DNA of 20,000 nt from an uncultured virus (IMG/VR IMGVR_UViG_3300031628_000001) (Duplodnaviria > Heunggongvirae > Uroviricota > Caudoviricetes > Crassvirales), in the IMG/VR virus record IMGVR_UViG_3300031628_000001, positions 52,441-72,440 of that record. One strand, given 5' to 3'. Of this stretch, positions 15,966-20,000 are shown one piece after another. Numbering within the stretch: position 1 is the first letter of the stretch; each line of letters begins with the position of its first letter. A program made the position numbers and the translations under genes. The notes below the pieces were generated by a model, which did no database searches, had not been told where the DNA came from, and saw only the letters and a program-made list of their open reading frames with translations.

Positions 15966-16520
15966 CTATGGGTTTGTTGTGCAATATGTCTCTACTGATC
16001 CGTGTAATGTACCACCTAAATTTGTATCAACTTGGAATTTATATACAGTATTAGCAGTTAAACCTGTTACAGTAAATGTTGCTAATGCTGTTGATATAGC
16101 TGTTCCACTTGGAGCAGCTGTATATGATCCTGCTGTTGATATTTTGAACTTCACGTTTAAAGAAGCTGATGAAGCGGGAACACCTGCCCATCCTAATGTA
16201 ACTGTTGTAGAAGTCTTATTAACAATATACAAATATTGTATAGAACTAGTAGCAGTATTTGGGTTTTTTATAAAGAGAGCTACTCTTTGTAATATTGCAG
16301 AAAATCTTTCTCCTTTAGCAATAGTAAATATATTATTACTAGCATCTTTTACTTCAATAGTATTTTGACACCATGTTATACATTCTGCACATAAACATTC
16401 TGCACACATTTCTACATTAACCCCAGTACATTGTGAATATGCACATGGTGTTGTTAAACCTGTATCTTTACACGCACAAGGTGTTGACTTACAGTTACTA
16501 GAATTACAATTACATCCCAT
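15966..16520 (-). CDS. Cys-rich N-terminus plus C-terminal fibronectin type III domain; putative virion structural/decoration protein, 184 aa
   Basis: 12 Cys in the first 51 aa. The C-terminus TSTTVTLGW...TFTVTGLTANTVYKFQVDT is a typical Fn3 signature. Confidence 0.7.
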   Translation of the reverse strand: MGCNCNSSNCKSTPCACKDTGLTTPCAYSQCTGVNVEMCAECLCAECITWCQNTIEVKDASNNIFTIAKGERFSAILQRVALFIKNPNTATSSIQYLYIVNKTSTTVTLGWAGVPASSASLNVKFKISTAGSYTAAPSGTAISTALATFTVTGLTANTVYKFQVDTNLGGTLHGSVETYCTTNP

Positions 16521-16538
16521 TTTATTTATTTTTATTTA

Positions 16539-19500
16539 TTAAGCACATGTTGTAGGGTTTTTCCAATGTGGATATATTCTTGAATACTGAGCTACTGGTA
16601 AACCTGTACCTCCAGCTGCTCTAGCATACCATCTATCATGAATTAATTCTAATTTATAATCCTTATCTAATGCACCTTGTGATGTACTATATGCTCTAGA
16701 AGTAATATCAAATTCAATACCAGTAGTATTATATATTGATGCACCTGATCCTCTTGTACATGCTCCTGCAGAAGTATTTGTTGCTATAGTTGCTTCTTGA
16801 TAAGTGTTTGATCCTCCCATTGTTACTGAAACTCCAGCAATAGGACAAGCATTTGCTGCAGTTACTGAGCTCATACAAGTTAACTTATTTAATTCATTTG
16901 TGAAAGAATCATTTAGATTTCCTGTAATTGCAAAGTAACCATCCATGTAAGGAACAACAGTTATATTAAGATCTGTTAATGGAGCTAATGAGTTTGCATT
17001 TGTTGTAGTAACAGTTGAATTATAAGGATTAGCTGTTACAATTAAGTTATTTTTCCAGTTTGTAATACCTTCTACATTTAAATATACAGACTCAAATCTA
17101 TATGCTGCATATTCTATTGATGTAAGAGCAGGTATTGCTGAACCTGATGTAGCATTACAAGCTAAAATTGTTTGTCTTATTAAAGCTTTATCTTGTCCAT
17201 CAACACCAGCATGTAATCCAGTTTGTTTTGGTATTACATAATGTCCATCACATCTATATAGTGCATTATGTAAAAGTGGAAAGTCAGTATTAATAGCTGC
17301 AGCAGTTGCCCATGTACTTGGTCCTTTAAATGTTCCTGCATCACCTGTTGTGTTTCTGTTGTTATCTACAAGAATATTCATTACATCATCATAATCATCT
17401 TTATATCTAGTAGTAGGAGCTTGCATTGCTGCTCCTGCTGTTGCTGTTGAATATAATGGATAAGTAGTACCTTCACATGTAACTGTATCTGCTTGATCAA
17501 TAAATGAGAATAACATACAATGTTCAGATAGAGTTGTTGTATCAGCTTTATTAAGCCACCATCCAACTGGTGTTGTTGCTGCTGAGTATGTTTGAGTTAT
17601 AGTAGACCAAGCACCAGATGTTGTTAATGTAACACCAACTCCAAATGAAGCAATTATTTTATGATGAGATAAATATGTACTAGCACTTCCACGAGTCAAA
17701 TTAGAAGCAAAACCACAATTACTTATAGGAAGGACATATAACTTACCAGTATAACCACTGCATGAAGATCCAATATTTTGGTGTACATTTATCATTGAAG
17801 CTTTTATTGCTGCTCCTTCTGTTTCTGTATATGCACCCGTATCAATAAATACTATAAGATCAGTATCTAAATGTTCAGGTCTAAATCCTCTAGATATAGA
17901 AGTCACGTAGTCACCACTATTTTTAGAACCAATAGTTAATTTTGTTGTATTTGAATCTGTATTTTTAAGCTGACCTCCTTGTAAAGGTAGATAAGTAAAT
18001 TGTTGTGTTTGTGCAGGAATTACATTTGGTGTAAACGTTGTTGTACCAAATCTTCCAGGGCCCACATTATATGTTAATGAACTAGATCCAACTGTATTTC
18101 CATGTGCAATTTGGTAATTATAATTAGCTCTAAATCCATATTGTACTGTTGATTGTGGTACCCAAGTAGTCCATTCTGCTTGACTTATATTAACCTCATC
18201 ACCTACACATGAGAAATATACTTGAGGTACAATTGTTGCTGCTGCATTTGTATTTGTTTCTGCATAAACATATTTAGCTACACCAGAACTAGATGTAATA
18301 GCATCAGTATATCTCCATCCATCCCCTAAGGTATTTGTAGTTGTATCTACTCTTGCTTTAGTAACAGAATTTGTTATTAGAGATTTAGTAGGATTATTAA
18401 AATCAATTGAAACTCCATTTGCACTTATTTTTCCTGATCTACATGGTGTTAAATTTTCTGACCATATAGTATTATTTTTTAATACACCAGGTACACTTCC
18501 ATCTGCACTTGTAAATCCTGCAAGTATAATATCCCCCATATTTACTCCTGGGTTTCTTAAATCATCACAAGCAATTGGTGTAAATGATCCAGCTACATTG
18601 TAGTTTAAATCAGTAATAACAGATTTATATGATGCTGCTAATACTGAAAGATCTGTACATGTTGTTCCTGTTGTGTTGAATGATTGTTGTGGGCAGACAT
18701 GCTCAAAAGAACCCCCTTGAGTTAAACCATAAGATATTTGAAGTATATATGCTGCACCTTCATTTAAACCTGTAAAACTTCCTGTCCAACCAGCTCCAGG
18801 AGAATTATTAACCTGACTAGCAATTACTGAACCTTTACTATTTAATAATTGTATTTGAGCTGAATAAGTTGCAGGTAAGTATTGTGCATTAACTGTCCAT
18901 GATACAGAAGTTAATCCAGGAGTTCCTAATGTCAAAATTGGGCATATATCTATTGAAGTTAATAATTTTGTTATTGTATTAGCACATTCAGAACCTTGCC
19001 CATTCGTAAAGCAGAACTGAGTTTCTACTGAAAATGTAGGACTTGCTGCATCTAATGAAGTTGTATGAAGCGTAACTCCAGCTTGTGTATTTTGTAGTTG
19101 GTGTATTTGTTTATGAAATGTTTGTGAGCTTCCACTAGAATCTGTTATTGTAATCTTAGATCCTTGTGATCTATCACAGTCATAAAAACTTTTTGGAATA
19201 GATGACTGTGTGAAATTCATATTTATACCAGTTGAAGCACCTGCTGTACCCAATACATTACCAAAGAAATTATATGTAATGTCTTTACACGCAGTTGGTA
19301 TAACATCATCAATTAAACTTACAACTGCATTCCTCATATCATTAATAGTCAACCAAGCATTTGAAAATGATTGAGCTAAGTTTTGTGGACTATTAACCCA
19401 TCCTGTAATAGCTGACATAGTCCCTGATCCATTTAGTCTTGTTTGACTATTTAATGAAGCATCTTGATAACCAATTGATGCAGCTAAATCTGATTTAGGA

Positions 19501-20000
19501 CCAGTCCCTTGTTGTAATCCACAGAATGCTTGTTCTAAACTAGTTAAAGCTGTACTAACATTTGTTAGTCTTCCTGGTGTCCCAACACATACTGGAACTA
19601 TTTGTTTTTCTGTAGGATTTTGTTTATTTCTTTTTTCAGTAGATTCTAATGAAACAATCCTCCCTTCATGATTTGCTACTTGACCTTGTAAGGTTAGTAT
19701 CTCTGAGGTTGTTTGACTAATTCTTGTTCCTAATAGTATAGCATATTGTTGTAAAGGTAATGCTCTAACTATAGTTGATGTATTAGGATCTTGATACTGT
19801 AATACTTCTGGTAATGAGATTGGTGTATTTCTTACATCTTCCTGATCAAAATCAGATTGATTTGCAAGACGTGCTTGAACAACATTCTCTATTATAAGAT
19901 TCTGTAGTTCTGTTTCACTGTTTGCAATACTTGCTTGTTGACCTTCTTTATTTTGAAGACCAGCTTGATTTACTCTTGCTAATTGTAATGTTGCACCACC
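16539..20000 (-). CDS. Putative tail fibre/spike-like structural protein, 5'-truncated, at least 1153 aa (coiled coil, Fn3-like, vWA-like regions)
   Basis: The track starts it at 19418, but manual translation shows the frame is open to 20000 (GGATLQLARVNQAG...ISQTTSEILTLQGQVANHEGRIVSLES...GSGTMSAITGW). It is Thr/Ser/Gly/Asn rich and contains an Fn3-like segment (TSVSWTV...GSFTGLNEGAAYILQI). Confidence 0.65.
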   Translation of the reverse strand, partial: GGATLQLARVNQAGLQNKEGQQASIANSETELQNLIIENVVQARLANQSDFDQEDVRNTPISLPEVLQYQDPNTSTIVRALPLQQYAILLGTRISQTTSEILTLQGQVANHEGRIVSLESTEKRNKQNPTEKQIVPVCVGTPGRLTNVSTALTSLEQAFCGLQQGTGPKSDLAASIGYQDASLNSQTRLNGSGTMSAITGWVNSPQNLAQSFSNAWLTINDMRNAVVSLIDDVIPTACKDITYNFFGNVLGTAGASTGINMNFTQSSIPKSFYDCDRSQGSKITITDSSGSSQTFHKQIHQLQNTQAGVTLHTTSLDAASPTFSVETQFCFTNGQGSECANTITKLLTSIDICPILTLGTPGLTSVSWTVNAQYLPATYSAQIQLLNSKGSVIASQVNNSPGAGWTGSFTGLNEGAAYILQISYGLTQGGSFEHVCPQQSFNTTGTTCTDLSVLAASYKSVITDLNYNVAGSFTPIACDDLRNPGVNMGDIILAGFTSADGSVPGVLKNNTIWSENLTPCRSGKISANGVSIDFNNPTKSLITNSVTKARVDTTTNTLGDGWRYTDAITSSSGVAKYVYAETNTNAAATIVPQVYFSCVGDEVNISQAEWTTWVPQSTVQYGFRANYNYQIAHGNTVGSSSLTYNVGPGRFGTTTFTPNVIPAQTQQFTYLPLQGGQLKNTDSNTTKLTIGSKNSGDYVTSISRGFRPEHLDTDLIVFIDTGAYTETEGAAIKASMINVHQNIGSSCSGYTGKLYVLPISNCGFASNLTRGSASTYLSHHKIIASFGVGVTLTTSGAWSTITQTYSAATTPVGWWLNKADTTTLSEHCMLFSFIDQADTVTCEGTTYPLYSTATAGAAMQAPTTRYKDDYDDVMNILVDNNRNTTGDAGTFKGPSTWATAAAINTDFPLLHNALYRCDGHYVIPKQTGLHAGVDGQDKALIRQTILACNATSGSAIPALTSIEYAAYRFESVYLNVEGITNWKNNLIVTANPYNSTVTTTNANSLAPLTDLNITVVPYMDGYFAITGNLNDSFTNELNKLTCMSSVTAANACPIAGVSVTMGGSNTYQEATIATNTSAGACTRGSGASIYNTTGIEFDITSRAYSTSQGALDKDYKLELIHDRWYARAAGGTGLPVAQYSRIYPHWKNPTTCA

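Noticed and set aside
15954..15968. TAG read-through (amber recoding, known in some crAss-like phages) at the end of the 184-aa gene
   Set aside because: None of the long ORFs needs TAG or TGA as a sense codon, the Fn3 domain ends at this point, and hairpins plus a terminator follow immediately.
6380..17566. Other short track ORFs nested in the large genes (for example 6380-6730, 10062-10346, 12880-13143, 14337-14612, 15937-16368, 17381-17566)
   Set aside because: They lie wholly or almost wholly within well-supported minus-strand genes and have no independent motif support.
19416..19418. ATG at 19418 as the true start of the fibre-like gene
   Set aside because: The frame stays open with protein-like sequence to position 20000, so this is most likely an internal Met.

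Overview
AT-rich, gene-dense window with every credible gene on the minus strand. It reads as the tail/cargo module of a large crAss-like (Crassvirales-type) phage, probably of a Bacteroidota host; this is inferred from gene order, motifs and one TAnnTTTG promoter element. In transcription order (right to left) it encodes: a 5'-truncated fibre/spike-like protein (at least 1153 aa), a Cys-rich plus Fn3 protein, an intrinsic terminator, a calcineurin-like metallophosphoesterase, an HU/IHF-like protein, two putative tail ring proteins, and a 2521-aa muzzle/tail-stabilisation-like protein with two inserted vWA (MIDAS) domains and Cys-rich repeats. The last gene is an ORF of at least 1637 aa (4912 to <1) that is missing from the supplied ORF track. 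By manual translation it is a modular 'polyvalent' protein. A repeated linker, [K/R][Y/D]GGSLxKAQxxxxKNAY, partly conserved at DNA level, separates unrelated modules, and several modules carry ADP-ribosyltransferase-like motifs. It is the best candidate for a new system here: a virion-delivered, cassette-built multi-effector protein. All family assignments come from motif recognition by eye, without database searches.
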